Positions 1-12,368 of a stretch of DNA of 64,000 nucleotides are shown here, one piece after another; position 1 is the stretch's first letter, and each line of letters opens with the position of its first letter. Origin of the DNA: Paraphysomonas bandaiensis (lineage: Eukaryota; Protista; Chrysophyceae). The notes beneath the pieces are model-generated. The model worked only from the letters and a program-made list of their open reading frames with translations. It searched no databases and had not been told where the DNA came from. Where the stretch lies: NCBI GenBank assembly GCA_965644295.1, contig CBFFRP010000024.1, positions 1 to 64,000 of the forward strand, written 5' to 3'. Both the position numbers and the translations under genes were made by a program.

Positions 1-751
1 ACTCGCCTCAATAGCGGTGGCGACTGCTATTGGGACAGTGTCGTCATGAAAGATGTGACCCTTCCCAACTGCATATGTTATACTTGTTTGTTCGGTCACC
101 TGTGATATCCACTCGTGTCAGTAGCGGTGGCGACTGTTATTGCGCAGGGTTGTCATGAAAGATGTCGACAGAACTTACTTGTATGTTATACTGTATATAT
201 ATGGTTGCGGAAGGAAACCTGTGACTCAACTCGCCTCAATAGCGGTGGCGACTGCTATTGGGACAGTGTCGTCATGACAGATGTGACCTTCCCAACCTTC
301 ATATGTTATACTTGTTTGTTCGGTCACCTGTGATATCCACTCTTGTGTCAGTGGCGGTGGCGACTGCTATTGGCGCAGGAGTTGTCATGAAAAAGAGTGT
401 CGACAGAACTTACTTGTATGTTATACTGTATATATAATGGTTGCGGAAGGAAACCTGTGACTTCAAGCCTCAATAGCGGTGGCGACTGCTATTGGGACAG
501 TGTCGTCATGAAAAGATGTGACCTTCCCAACCTTCATATGTTATGACTTGTTTGTTCTGGGTCACCTGTGATATCCACTCGTGTCAGAAGGTGTGACCGC
601 TATTGTGCGCAGGGCTGTCATGAAAAGATGTCGACAGAACTTACTTGTATGTTATACTGTATATATAATGGTTGCGGAAGGAAACCTGTGACTTCAACTC
701 GCCTCAATAGCGGTGGCGACTGCTATTGGGACAGTGTCGTCATGAAAAGAT
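1..751. repeat. Tandem repeat, ~230-235 bp unit made of two related ~115-bp subunits, at least 3 copies, running off the window start
   Basis: ACTCGCCTCAATAGCGGTGGCGACTGCTATTGGGACAGTGTCGTCATGA recurs at about 1, 229, 466 and 697. A second subunit GTAGCGGTGGCGACTGTTATTGCGCAGGG starts near 121. Copies differ by many 1-nt indels. Confidence 0.9.
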
Positions 752-925
752 GCGGACTCTCTTCCTGCAATCTGCACGTGTTGCATCCGTGTATTCTGTG
801 CGCATGGTCTTTTGCTTCGCAGTAAAATACATGAAATCTATTATAAATATACATTAACTATTGAAATATATTGTACAGATATATTTACTATTAGCATGAA
901 AGAACCAGTGCCATGTTGGTGACCT

Positions 926-1946
926 TTATGTCCGCCTGCTGCATGCATTATGTGGTAAGAGTGAGATGGTATAGTGCATGAATGTTACAGCTGGGTTGGA
1001 GGAATTTAAGTACACTCTCATTTCTACATGCATCTTGCAGTCTAAGGCACTCAAGCAAGATCTGAAACGCAGTGCACCTGGTGAATAAGGGTTCTCATCC
1101 AAACAAACAAATGCCTCGTCGTGTATGCATAATTTGCTATCACGTGTGTACTTGGAAATGCCAACTGTACCACACTCTCTATCTATTTCACTCGGTGCCT
1201 CGTATTCATAACCTAATGGTGGAGTATCGACTGCACTCTCGGGCAAGCCATTGCTATTGACTACCTTGATACGCCCACTCATGGAATTATGAATATGGCA
1301 AAAGTAAAATATGTCCCCGTTATAACTATTATCTGTCAACGTGAGGTGTGCTGAAAAGTTACCCATACTAACCCAGTCTCCACGGTGTTCTGTAAATGCA
1401 GCTTCATACTCTTCCAACCCGAAATTTAACCCTCCAATGATCTTAAGACCCGAGTTGTCATACGTTTGGCCTAAATACTCTTGGTTAAGATAATACATTG
1501 GAGACTGGCATGTCTTGTAGACATGACAGTCATTATCTGGGGAGGGGCTGTAGTCTGGTTCCAGTTCTGCATTCCCTTCATGAGCACCGTCGGGGAAGTA
1601 TGCAAATCCTTCAGAAGAAAGTTTAGAATCAGTATCAAACCACACTTCCTTACCAATAGGGTGATACCAATTTGAAATATTGTTTTGATTAAATATATAA
1701 GTAACACCACGTTCCAGTCCAAGAGTGGGGTTAGTGATGTCTGTCAAGTATAAACTAGGATCCATTCGACAAGGAGTACTCACCTCCACACTCAATGAAC
1801 TGAAAATACCCCGTAGAAGATCCAAAAGTATCAACAATAGTGGTAAACTCACATGTTTTTCGCGAGTTAACCACAACACAGTTGCCGAGACACAAATCTC
1901 TACCCAGAACACTACCAAGTAACAACAACAAAACTACTAAGAACAT
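926..1946 (-). CDS. Secreted cupredoxin-like (Cu-binding motif) protein of an algal family usually carrying a C-terminal DUF305; the 3' end here looks deleted or frameshifted
   Basis: Signal peptide MFLVVLLLLLGSVLG at 1946. GT-AG introns 1783-1741 (43 nt) and 1653-1609 (45 nt) join the ORFs into TCEFTTIVDTFGSSTGYFQFIECGDITNPTLGLERG...HPIGFAYFPDGAH. Type-1-copper-like YFCHIHNSMSG motif. The family assignment is from memory. Confidence 0.65.
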
Positions 1947-2476
1947 TTCGGATATGAATGAGTGAGATCATCCTTGAATTAACAATCATGAATAAGATAG
2001 TATGTGATTTCATGTTGATATCACAGATATTGTGTTTGGTATTGTGAATCCGATTACTGGAAGCTTCATACAGGCCACTTCATACATATCTTAGAAAGTA
2101 TCAATGATACAGGCAGCATAGTGCGTGGAACTGGCTGCTGTACTCTGCTGTATACGTATATGGGAGGTTTATACCGGTATTCTGGAGGTATACCGGGTAT
2201 ACTAGGATATCTTAATAGAGTGCTCAGCGGCTGTGTGTATATAGATGTCAGAATCTACCGTGCGTGACGGCCGTATCCAGGTATCTGCTATGAGCCATAT
2301 GCTACGGTCAGTATCATAATATTTCCATATGTTTACCCATAACAGTAACAGATTAACTGGAAAAGAAACCTCTACCAACTCAAGCAAGATGGCTTCCCTT
2401 ACTTTGAGTTAGTGAAGAGCTCCTTGGATATAGAAGTGATACTGTTCTATAGTCAACTCTTCCTCCTGAGACGACA

Positions 2477-3736
2477 ATGGGAACATGCTTTTGCTGTTTT
2501 AATGAAAGGAGTATGATTGATCGAGTGTTGGAGAAAATGGAACCTGTTCGAGTTAGTCAAATAAAAGACGGCAGTAGGAACTTTGTTGTTGGAAGGGTTG
2601 TGTTAACGCAAGAGCCTTTTATTGCACCGATATCTAATAGAGAATGTGCATACTACGAATTTCACTGCGAACGTCTGGTATCTCATGGAGATTCCAACCG
2701 CTGGGAACATTTATTTACTGAAATCCGGTCTTCTAATTTCTTACTCGTTGACCCTCCTGGCCAGGCTGTGTATGTACCTGCCGAAAGTAATAAAGTAAAG
2801 TTATTTGTAAAACATGATGCCTCGGGAAGAGAAAAAGGTGGTTTTTTTCCATCAACAGACAAGAACAACAAGGTCCTTCAAGAGCTGCTAGAGAAGCATG
2901 GGGCTGCTGGTAAAGAAGGCATATTTGGTAATTTAAGTAAACCTACAGTGAGGTTTAGGGAGGGGTGCTTCAGTGTGAATGAAGTTGTCGCTATGCTAGG
3001 GACTTGTGTTCAAGCCGATATGCAAGGAGTACCTGTATTTCTGTTGCAACCATGCACGAGCACTATGTTCTCTGCTGAATATTTCCAACAGCATAACTGG
3101 TCGGAGGTGGACCAGAAGTGTTGGAATAAACTAACCGAGTCCAGTGTGTTGATAGGCACAGATAATGAGGTGTATATGAGAGGTATACATGTTCCGCCGT
3201 TGCCAGTGGGCTTTACAGCCAGTTCATTGTCGAAGCCTGTGCAACAGCTTCCTCTCTATCCGCCACAGAATTACCCACCAACGTGTGTTATACCGATGTA
3301 CTCGAATGTGATGGCTAATCAACCCGTGTACGCGGAAGTAGCTCATACGGTGCAGCATTCGCACTCTGGAGGCTCTCAGCAGCCTCCCCAGTACATTGAC
3401 AGCACATCTATGCATCCATCGTCTCCACCACTTAACTTGCATCACCCTCCTCATTCACAAATGTTGCAATATTACCATGGTCAAGATTATCAACATATAG
3501 GCCATCCCCCCCAACAGGGAGTTCAACACTATCCACAACAGTATACTCCGCAGTATCAGCAACAAATGTATACTCAACAGCAACCCATGTATGCTCAACA
3601 ACAGGCAAATTTTGTTCAACAACAGCAACAATTTTATGGCCCGAATTTGACGTACATTCAGCCACAACTATTTAATCATCAGCCAATGTATTCTCACAAT
3701 CAGAGTTATGGACAGTCTCAAATCCATAGCCAGTAA
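2477..3736 (+). CDS. Single-exon protein: N-acylation-like N-terminus (MGTCFCCF), GIDE-like domain, Q/P/Y/H-rich low-complexity tail
   Basis: 419-aa ORF. FIAPISNRECAYYE...RWEHLFTEIRSSNFLLVD resembles the GIDE domain pattern. The C-terminal third is Q/P/Y-rich. Confidence 0.65.
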   Translation: MGTCFCCFNERSMIDRVLEKMEPVRVSQIKDGSRNFVVGRVVLTQEPFIAPISNRECAYYEFHCERLVSHGDSNRWEHLFTEIRSSNFLLVDPPGQAVYVPAESNKVKLFVKHDASGREKGGFFPSTDKNNKVLQELLEKHGAAGKEGIFGNLSKPTVRFREGCFSVNEVVAMLGTCVQADMQGVPVFLLQPCTSTMFSAEYFQQHNWSEVDQKCWNKLTESSVLIGTDNEVYMRGIHVPPLPVGFTASSLSKPVQQLPLYPPQNYPPTCVIPMYSNVMANQPVYAEVAHTVQHSHSGGSQQPPQYIDSTSMHPSSPPLNLHHPPHSQMLQYYHGQDYQHIGHPPQQGVQHYPQQYTPQYQQQMYTQQQPMYAQQQANFVQQQQQFYGPNLTYIQPQLFNHQPMYSHNQSYGQSQIHSQ

Positions 3737-5402
3737 CAATATGATGCGCCTCGCGAGAAACATTCTGTCCACAGACATGTTCGCAGCTATTAAGTTTTTC
3801 TACATGTCGTGTTATTTATATTATGAATAGTATTTACATTTTATGTGCCTGTTATTTCAACGAATGAATCCTCCGATATAACGAATGTATACAAGAAACT
3901 CAATACTCTTTATTCTTTATGGTGCATACGTTCTTTACTGACTAGTGTGAGGTATTGTTGGAAGTTGACTAAAGTTAAAATAATTATGCCACGTACCTGA
4001 AAGCAAAGCACGCACGGCATTATTTTCAAATATTATTTGGCACAACAAATATTATTGATTTTAGAATGACAATACTGTTATCATATAAAATATGAAAAGT
4101 AAACAAGTAAAACTAAGCGTCTAAGCGTTACTTGTTGAGGTTTTCTGTTTGTGAGCAATTAAAATTTTGAATGATGACCGTTACTTGAAAATACAGTTGT
4201 GGTTAACACTTCTATGAATTAATGATATGATAGGAATAATATAGTAGTTAAATTGAAAGTAATGACTATCTAAGATCGTATGATATTGATTGGTAGTAAA
4301 GACAACTTGAATTTAGTGATTAACAATGAACGATATGAAATATTAATTATAGTATTAATAATTGAGTATTGAGCGTATAATTCACAGATTATTAGGTCTA
4401 GTAGTATTAGTGGAGACAATTTACCACGGTCGTGACTGAGAATATATCTACTGCGATTAAGAATATCTCCATTCAACCTTATCTATCAAACACTGGGTTA
4501 GAATTAGCCAAATCAAAATACTAAAGAGGATATTCACACGCTTTACAGCGTGTTGGTTGATAGAATAGTACTAGAGAGATTAAAAACGCGTTTTTAATAT
4601 TCAACGCCTCTTGCAATATATAATTCTATCCAGAGTGAACAATGTCGTAAGAGATTTGTGAGCACAAGCAGAAGAATTAGCTGGAAGACAACTCACATAC
4701 CAGCTTTAGATCACGGTGGAGGGTGAAATGCACAGTCAAAGCGCTTAGTTCAATCCAGGGTGAACACAATAGCCAGGAGTTGAGGTGAGTCAAAGTACGA
4801 GAGCAGTTCGCGGGCGTACGAAGGAAAGTATCAACAAAATAACACAGTGGTGGGATATGAAATGTAAGCTACATAACCCAGCACGATGACGATGATTATG
4901 AAGGAGCGTCGTTATAACCTGAATCGCAAGATCAGGCTGTAAACATGTGTGGTAAGACATTGCCATGCATTCACAGAGAAAGTTTCACCCACATAGATAT
5001 TGAATATTGTGAAGCATATTCGGCATCAATCAACCGAAGTAGACGTAGTGAACTAGTGAACGGCATTTGCCGAGTCAAGGTGAACTAATTTGGGATGCTT
5101 AACTTCATCAGTAACCCTGGGTGTCTTTGAGGTGGGGCCATTTTCGGATTGTTATATCTCAACTCTCAAACACGATAATACAGTAAACACATATTGGCAT
5201 TAGACGGTGAGTAGGCAGAATTTTAGCTTCCAAAAGAAAAAATATCCGTACTTATCACTCAGAACACAGTCTTGCAATAACGATGGGGGATATACGAAGG
5301 GCTGAGAAGCCGAAGATGACCAATGGTACATATGCCTAAAAGACACAATCAAAGCCTTACATTACATGACATTATACAAAGAGAACAAAATACATCTATA
5401 AG

Positions 5403-6165
5403 TTGTCTATTAATCCTCATCGTCACTGGTACCCCACTTCTTCAAACCTTCATACTATCTTACCCATGAAGGGGCACCGAGACATGGACTTCCAGCTATT
5501 GAGCCAGGAGAAGGATAGGATACCTGAACTGCTAGATTACCTCACGACCAGCAATAGGTTAGCAGAGAGGTTGATGTATCTGGAGGAGCAGAGGGAGGTC
5601 ATTCAGGTGGCATTGAGGGAGCTCATTCAGGTGGCATTGAGGGAGCTCAGGGAGATGGGACCGCCTCTGAGAAGCTATAGAGATCAAGTTAGGTGGATGA
5701 GAGGGGACAGAAGACCGAACACGGATCGATGGGTAGAAGAGTATCCAGACGAGGTGAGCAGCGGTGAGGAGACGTGGTAATCTAGCAGTTCAGGTATTCC
5801 TTCTCCTGGCTCAATAGCTGGAAGTGCATGTCTCGGTGCCCCTTGGTCCTTGCATGCTGGATTATCCCCAGCCATGACGCATAGAACACTCTCTGTATGT
5901 CTGGCACTCCTTCCTTCACTGCCGCCATCTTCAGTTCCTCCATCAACCTATCCAACACTCCTCTGTACGTGCCTTCCGTCATCCTCTCTCTCACATTCTC
6001 TATCTCCCTCCTTACCAGCCTCTCACTCTGCCATACATACTTTTCTTGATATTCTGGTTCCACCGGCCTCACCAAATGTAGCAGCATATTCCTCTGAAGC
6101 ATGTTCCTGGTCTCCTGTGATAGTCCCACGGCATACATGATTGGAGTAAGGTACTCTGTATGCAT
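5403..6165. pseudogene. Orphan ORF split by an inversion: 5' part on the minus strand (6165-5782), 3' part on the plus strand (about 5469-5780)
   Basis: Both ORFs encode KGHRDMxFQLLSQEK, from inverted copies at 5469-5541 and 5776-5844. A 24-bp tandem duplication (IQVALREL x2) lies at about 5600-5648. Confidence 0.55.
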
Positions 6166-6788
6166 CGTGTATTTTCTTCATACAGCTGTTGTGATTTGTG
6201 GGTTCTCGGTAGTGTGATATTCTGAGATGCAGTGATGCAATACAAGACCACAAAATCATTGTTCTGTATCATGGTACTGAGGGTTTATGCATTTGAAGTG
6301 GCTGCTTGGATCCTCTGTGGTGAACAAATACGGTTACGGTTTTCAGTTCAGTGCTACAGCACTGATATCCGTATACCGTATGGTATACCCCGTATACCAC
6401 ATACGGCACCAGCAGTACATCCCACACAAGTACGGTATACATGGTAGGCTGCTGTATATACTGCTAGTATGTGTTGGCGTAGGTGTGATGTACTATAATA
6501 GAGTACGATAACAGATACGCTGAAAACGTTTTGTATGAAGTAGAAGTGAGATATGGTCATATCAGTTAATGTATAGCACAGTATAGTATACGAATAGAAC
6601 ACACAGATAAGGGCTGTGGTGATATCGATTCATTACATTATTAACTTTGAAATTTATAACAGTGTCTGTTAGTGGCACATTTATGATGGATATATTTCCC
6701 TCCTCTCCCACTAGCTGAAATATTAGACCTTCGACAAGGGTTCTTGTAGAATTCTTGGATTGATATCTCTGTGAATAGATTGTGAATA

Positions 6789-8864
6789 ATGTCTCACGGA
6801 ATAAGAAATTCTAAAATGGCGTCATCTATGGGCAATCGCCAATTTCGGGTATGATTAAACAGTAACGTTTTTTTTTTAATAATGTATTTATAGCAAATGT
6901 TCCCCTCTGTACAATCGAGTGGAAATTCGAAAGGAAGCCGTCTACCAAAACTATTATCTAGTGGTATGGTAGTAATTATGAAATATAATCATGTAATGTA
7001 CTTTTGTAGATGAAAAAGCTAGCGATGATAATGCGGATGCGTCCGGATTGGATGTTGGTGTGTGCTCAGTGCAAGGACGGCGTCCGTACCAAGAAGATCA
7101 ATACGCGGTACTAGTATTCACATATTATCTTGCTATTCCGGATAACAGACGATATAGGTGTGTCGGTTTCTTCGAGACCCAACGAGCCAACCTGACAGTG
7201 CTCCAGAAACGCATTTCTTTGGGGTATTTGATGGACATGCTGGTGGAAAGTGCTCCAAAGCAATTTGTACCACAATCCCCTACCAGTTTTCCCGTGATGA
7301 TTCGTTCGCTACTAAAGTTCCTACAGCTCTTAAAAAGGCGATCCAACGTACGAATGAACAGTTTTTGGAGGTTGCTGGGCGAATGCGATTGAACGATGGC
7401 TCGACCGCTGTTTGCGTCGTTTTGCGGGGATTGACTATGACAATATCAAATGTTGGAGATTCACGAGCGTGTCTCATTACTGCACGAAAGGGCATTACTC
7501 TTACAGAGGATCATAAACCCTCGTCACCTACGGAACACCGGCGAATTGCCTCGTTTGGCGGAACGGTTACTTACAACACTGGAATTGCACGGGTAGCTGG
7601 GGTGCTAGCCGTTTCCCGAGCTTTCGGGAACTATGGTATTCGAAGTCTCATCCGCGCAGACCCAGATATTACTCAGCGAGAGCTTACTCCCGATGATGAT
7701 TTTTTGATTCTTGCGTCGGATGGTTTGTGGGACGTATTCAGGGCGAATGAAGTGGCGGAGGTGTGCTATACGCTTCAGAAACATGGAGTGAGAAAAATTG
7801 CTGATCAACTTGTACAGTTAGCATTGACTCGTGGATCAATGGATAATATCACTGCGGTTGTCGTATCATTGACGAAGTATATCGCCCGCATGAAGGCGGG
7901 AGTTCAAGAAGATACCATCGGTTCCAAGCGAGCGGCAACTGCGAGTGGTGTGCTAACGGGGTCACGCTTCGCTGCAGATGAAGTGGGCATCAGCTCACGT
8001 CCTAACAGTAGTTACGCGACACTCCACAACAAAGGGAAAACGTTAAGTGATGACAACAACTTTGGAGATAACATTGACGATGAGTTAACAGTTGATGAAA
8101 CTGAATTAAATGAATTTACACGACAAAAAGTTCATAGGGCTGGAGCTTCAACAGGATCATATACACGTGCGTCATACGGCAGCAAAAAGCCACCCCTGTA
8201 TATGAGCGAAGATAAGGGTGGAATCGATGCAAATGTAAGTGTCGTGGATGGGTATGACGGGACGGACTATTCGGCATCAGTGGCAATGAGGTCAAGCAGT
8301 ACTCACCGAAGTATGCTACGCGCAAGTAGTAACGCAGAGAAGCGCAGTCAGAGCAGTGGCTCACCTGGCATGTATCGCTCTCGCATGGGGCATGGATCGG
8401 ATAAAGACCACAGTGACGGGCACGCACTACATAGCACAAGAACAGGACACCACTCGTCAGACAATTCTAGTCATGATCAAGATCGTGTGATGCCCATGAC
8501 CGCTGGACACCGTAGACCTGCATCTCAACAGGGATCTGTTCATTCTCCAATATACAGCAACGCTGGCAGTAGGAGACCTATATCTGCGATGGGAAATACC
8601 AACTCTACCCGTGGTGAAGGGTCAAATGGGCGGATGAGGTTTACGAATGGGCGCACTGGGCCTATACTGGCTTTTTCTGGTAGTAGCGGTGGATCTGGTG
8701 AGACCAGTCACGAACGCATGCACAGCCCTATCACCACTAACGCTGGGAGCCTTGGGGCTGCTCCAGATCGGCGACGTGATGGAAGCAGCAGTGCTAAGTC
8801 TAACAGCCGACCAAGCAGCAGCAGTGCAAAAATTTCTATTTTGAAAAGCTTTTCTCAAGGATAG
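6789..8864 (+). CDS. Protein phosphatase 2C (PPM family) with a long Ser/Gly/Arg-rich disordered C-terminus; 4 exons
   Basis: PP2C motifs QGRRPYQED, FFGVFDGHAGG, GSTA, SNVGDSRA, EDHKP, LAVSRAFG, ILASDGLWD, GSMDNIT. Introns at 6849-6893, about 6964-7009 and 7108-7157. Confidence 0.95.
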
Positions 8865-9716
8865 TGCAAGGATAACAAAGCATACTAAACTACAGCGTTG
8901 GTGTAGATTCTCGTGGTGACGTATATTATATATGGCGTAAATGGCCGGCTCGGGTATGCTTATGTCTTTCGCATGATCTAGACTATGTATGTATAGGTAG
9001 TTGAATGGTGATGAAGAATAAAATCAGTATAACGGTGGATTTTGCGTTGATTAGTGAGATATCGGATAATGACATGTATGCGATATTCGAGGATGCTTAT
9101 TCAGTTCCTCATTAACTTCTCCGCGTTGTGTATTTTCTTTACAGATATGGTAATCTGTGTGTCATATGAATAATAATACGGCGTCACACCGTCGTTATAA
9201 GTAGGTATACCATTTAATATATATTTTGCTTCTTTCGTGCTGTGAGATTAGTTGGGTTAGGGGCTAGTGATTGATTCCTGGCATTTAGTATTATATAATA
9301 TATCGTATACTAGCCATCTAGCTATATATGAGCGTGGCTTCCGATTTAATTCAGATAAGCAAACTGATGCAACCGACTAAAGTGATCAGCGGAAACAGTG
9401 GAGCAGTATAACAATGGGTTTTAGAAGTGGAACAAGTCATATGAGTGATTTCGATTTCCGGCTATCTTCTTAATGTGTAATTTGTGTATTACACATACGA
9501 GTCTTTGTCTATTCTTCCCTTTAATTGATTACCACGAAGTCTTCTTTGCTACTAGCACTACTGAAAAACGCATAATGCGGTACTTAGTACTTAGTTGTTC
9601 ATCGTGTTAAGAAAATACTACGTCATCTTTATCTCCAATTTTTATATAGTACATGATGTACACCTCCGTCTAACTAATATTATACAGTGTAATAACTTCA
9701 AAAATATACTACCCAG

Positions 9717-10524
9717 CTATTTCATAAGCCCACTGGTATGATTCGTCATTGCCTGCATGGCGTACACATGTGGGACCCCATTTCGACTGGTATCCTCACC
9801 ATCTATACCCACCTCAAAATTCATAGATTCAAATTTATTTTGAATCCATGAGTTTCGGGGAATGAGCACGCAAATGTATTGTACATGTATTCCACGAGCG
9901 CTAGAAACTGTGATAATATCTTGCTGAACAACGGTCAAGCTTTGAGAAGCAATGCCCTGATGTCGGTATTTCGGTAGCACAGCGCAGCGATCGATTAACG
10001 CACATTGAACACCTGGAGACTTTTCTGCGAAACGCCATCTTGCTGTGAACACAGGGAAATCTCCAGCTGAATAAGACTGCCATTAGAATTCTCCCCGCTA
10101 GAAGTTCTCACTTACCGCATCCAATAATATGGCGTGAACAACTATCGTGTTCATCGAACTCAAAACCTTCATGAACACCAAATTCAGTACAAAATACTTG
10201 AGAGCGTAGCCAGCGGGCAATATGCCATATTTCGGTATCTTCACAGCCTATTTGCGACCAAACAGGAACTTCTACTTTATACCCACGCAACTCTGCTGCA
10301 CGTTGCTGCTCATTATGAATATAAAATTCATAGTAATAAAATGTCAATCTTATTTACCTGCATCCTTGAGTACAGAGATGATTTCCCAACATGACCACAT
10401 ACGGAGCATTTGACCCTATCAACCAACCATACCTATCAACACAATATAGACACAGAATCATCGGCCTTTACCCTTGAATATGACGGTGGTTGCAAGCTGC
10501 ACATAGAGGAATATCAGTATTCAT
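9717..10524 (-). CDS. GNAT acetyltransferase (ElaA-like) with an N-terminal Cys/His zinc-binding motif; 4 exons
   Basis: Spliced N-terminus MNTDIPLCAACNHRHIQGVKCSVCGH (intron 10471-10416). GNAT motifs LRSQVFCTEFGV...EFDEHD and IDRCAVLPKYRHQGIA, ending GVPHVYAM. Confidence 0.8.
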
Positions 10525-10846
10525 ATATACTATGCACCAGTGCTTAGTTTGCACCCATTGCTTGCGTTGAAAGACTGCAGTACTGTTTGTACTGTTGTGA
10601 CCACACTGCCTAACAACACACTGAAACTACACAGACACAACCACACCTGACGGAATACGATGGAATACAGTAGAATTATACATCCACAGTAGGGGATATA
10701 TAGCTGTATATATGTATATATATGACGTATTCTAGGGTGACACTGTCATACGTTGTGGAATACATAAAGAACTGTCCTGTATTCTGCTGTTTGGTATCTA
10801 CACTCTTCATTTGATATACAGTATACAGCAGTATAGTACAGTATAC

Positions 10847-12072
10847 CACTCGCTCCGTTTTCCGGTGCCGCTGTTTTTTGAGGTGCCATTCTTTAGTGTG
10901 TTTTTTATCATCAGAATTGCTTGGATTTGGATTTTCATATAGATATACATGTATGTATATTCCTTTAAAATCATCATATTTGTACACTCCTGTCATAATA
11001 AATACACCAATACATAAGAATGGATAGTTCCTGTGGTTAGTCACATCAACACTGATATCTGGTTGAAATATCAGATGATGGGGAGTGAGAGGGATGTATT
11101 CCTGGTCCTCTGAACCTGGTGATGCACTCAGCGTTGTTGCCGCTTCCTGTAAGCTCACTGTTTGTATTTTTAGGGGAGATAATCCTTCAGCTGCTATGTA
11201 GACAATAGCGAGTCTTCCATGCGCAGACCTCACTTCATTATTAGTCTCATTTGTAGTGTATTTGCGGATATATATCGAATCTATGCGATATATGGCTTCA
11301 TTGTGTTTGTGTCATCTGTGTTGAAGTGTAGGTGTTTGAGTGGAAGAGTATATAAGTGTGTTATATTGTCTCTTGTTGCATTCTGCTGCTTGTTTACATG
11401 ATTATAGATGCTAGTGCTACACATGACCTTGTTATTATTCGTATTCTCGTTACAATATTTTAAGACTGTGTTTTCACGAATATTGAAGTCGTCATCTTAT
11501 GGCATATCAGCATAGATTACCTATTCACCAGCTATACATGTATGCACTCCGTGTGTTCATGTTCATGCAACAGTTCAAGATCTAGATATGTGGTATATGT
11601 TCTGTGTTTTCGCTCTGTGTGCTTCATACAACATATATAGACCATGTATGTGGTATATGTTCTCTGTATGTGCTTCATACAACACATTGAGACCATATAT
11701 GTGGTATATGATCTGTATGTTCGCTGTGTGTGCTTTACACAGCACACAGAGACTGTATATGTGAAATGTGCTCTGTATATTCACTCTGCGTGCTTCATAC
11801 AACACGCAAGAACTATATATGTGGTATATGATCTGTATGTTCGCTGTGTGTGCTTTACACCGCACACAGAGACTGTCTGTATATTCACTCTGCGTGCTTC
11901 ATACAACACGCAAGAACTATATATGTGGTATATGATGTGAATATATTACTCTGTGCTCTTCATGCAACATACAGGGACTATATATGTGTTATATGGTGTG
12001 TAGTATCACACTTTGCCCCTCATACAACACGCAAAGACTATATATGTGGTATATGATATATGCGTTCACTCT
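10847..12072 (+). repeat. Left arm of the foldback element (1226 bp); the inner part (about 11585-12072) is a degenerate ~50-55-bp tandem array
   Basis: Reverse complement of 13312-14641. Repeated ATATGTGGTATATG...GTGCTTCATACAACAC units. Confidence 0.92.
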
Positions 12073-12073
12073 A

Positions 12074-12298
12074 GGGATGTATTATTTAACCTAGTCGAAA
12101 TGGTTGAACTACCTAGTCACACCAAAATTGGTGTAAAAACCTAGTTAAGTAGGTGAAAAGTTTAGTCATTTAATAATTCATATTTTCAGTTTACAATGAC
12201 TAGGTTGACTAGGTGTTTTAATGTATTCACCTAGTCAAAAATAATAACTTCTACTCAAACATGGGAGCATACTCTAGCCATCAATTAATGCAAATGCA
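12074..12298 (+). mobile_element. Fragment of an AT-rich MITE-like dispersed repeat starting GGGAT and rich in CCTAGTCA/TGACTAGG motifs
   Basis: Similar sequence (CCTAGTCACACCAAAATTGGTGT...CAGTTTACAATGACTAGGTTGACTAG) at 26448-26559 (minus) and about 33294-33490. It starts where the left foldback arm stops. Confidence 0.65.
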
Positions 12299-12368
12299 TC
12301 TATTGTACACATGCAATGCATCACATTTCGTCTTCGCAATCGAACGAGAAATGCGCAGTTTCTCGTGA

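Noticed and set aside
3900-5400. Possible decayed transposon or gene in this long intergenic stretch
   Set aside because: No motif, terminal repeat or sustained reading frame could be identified.
11219-12056. Many Cys/Tyr/His-rich ORFs in the foldback arms (mirrored at 13328-14269), plus the paired MRSAHGRL ORFs at 10676-11233 and 14255-14671
   Set aside because: These are by-products of low-complexity tandem repeats and the palindrome. There are no recognisable domains, and the paired ORFs run out of the element into different flanks.
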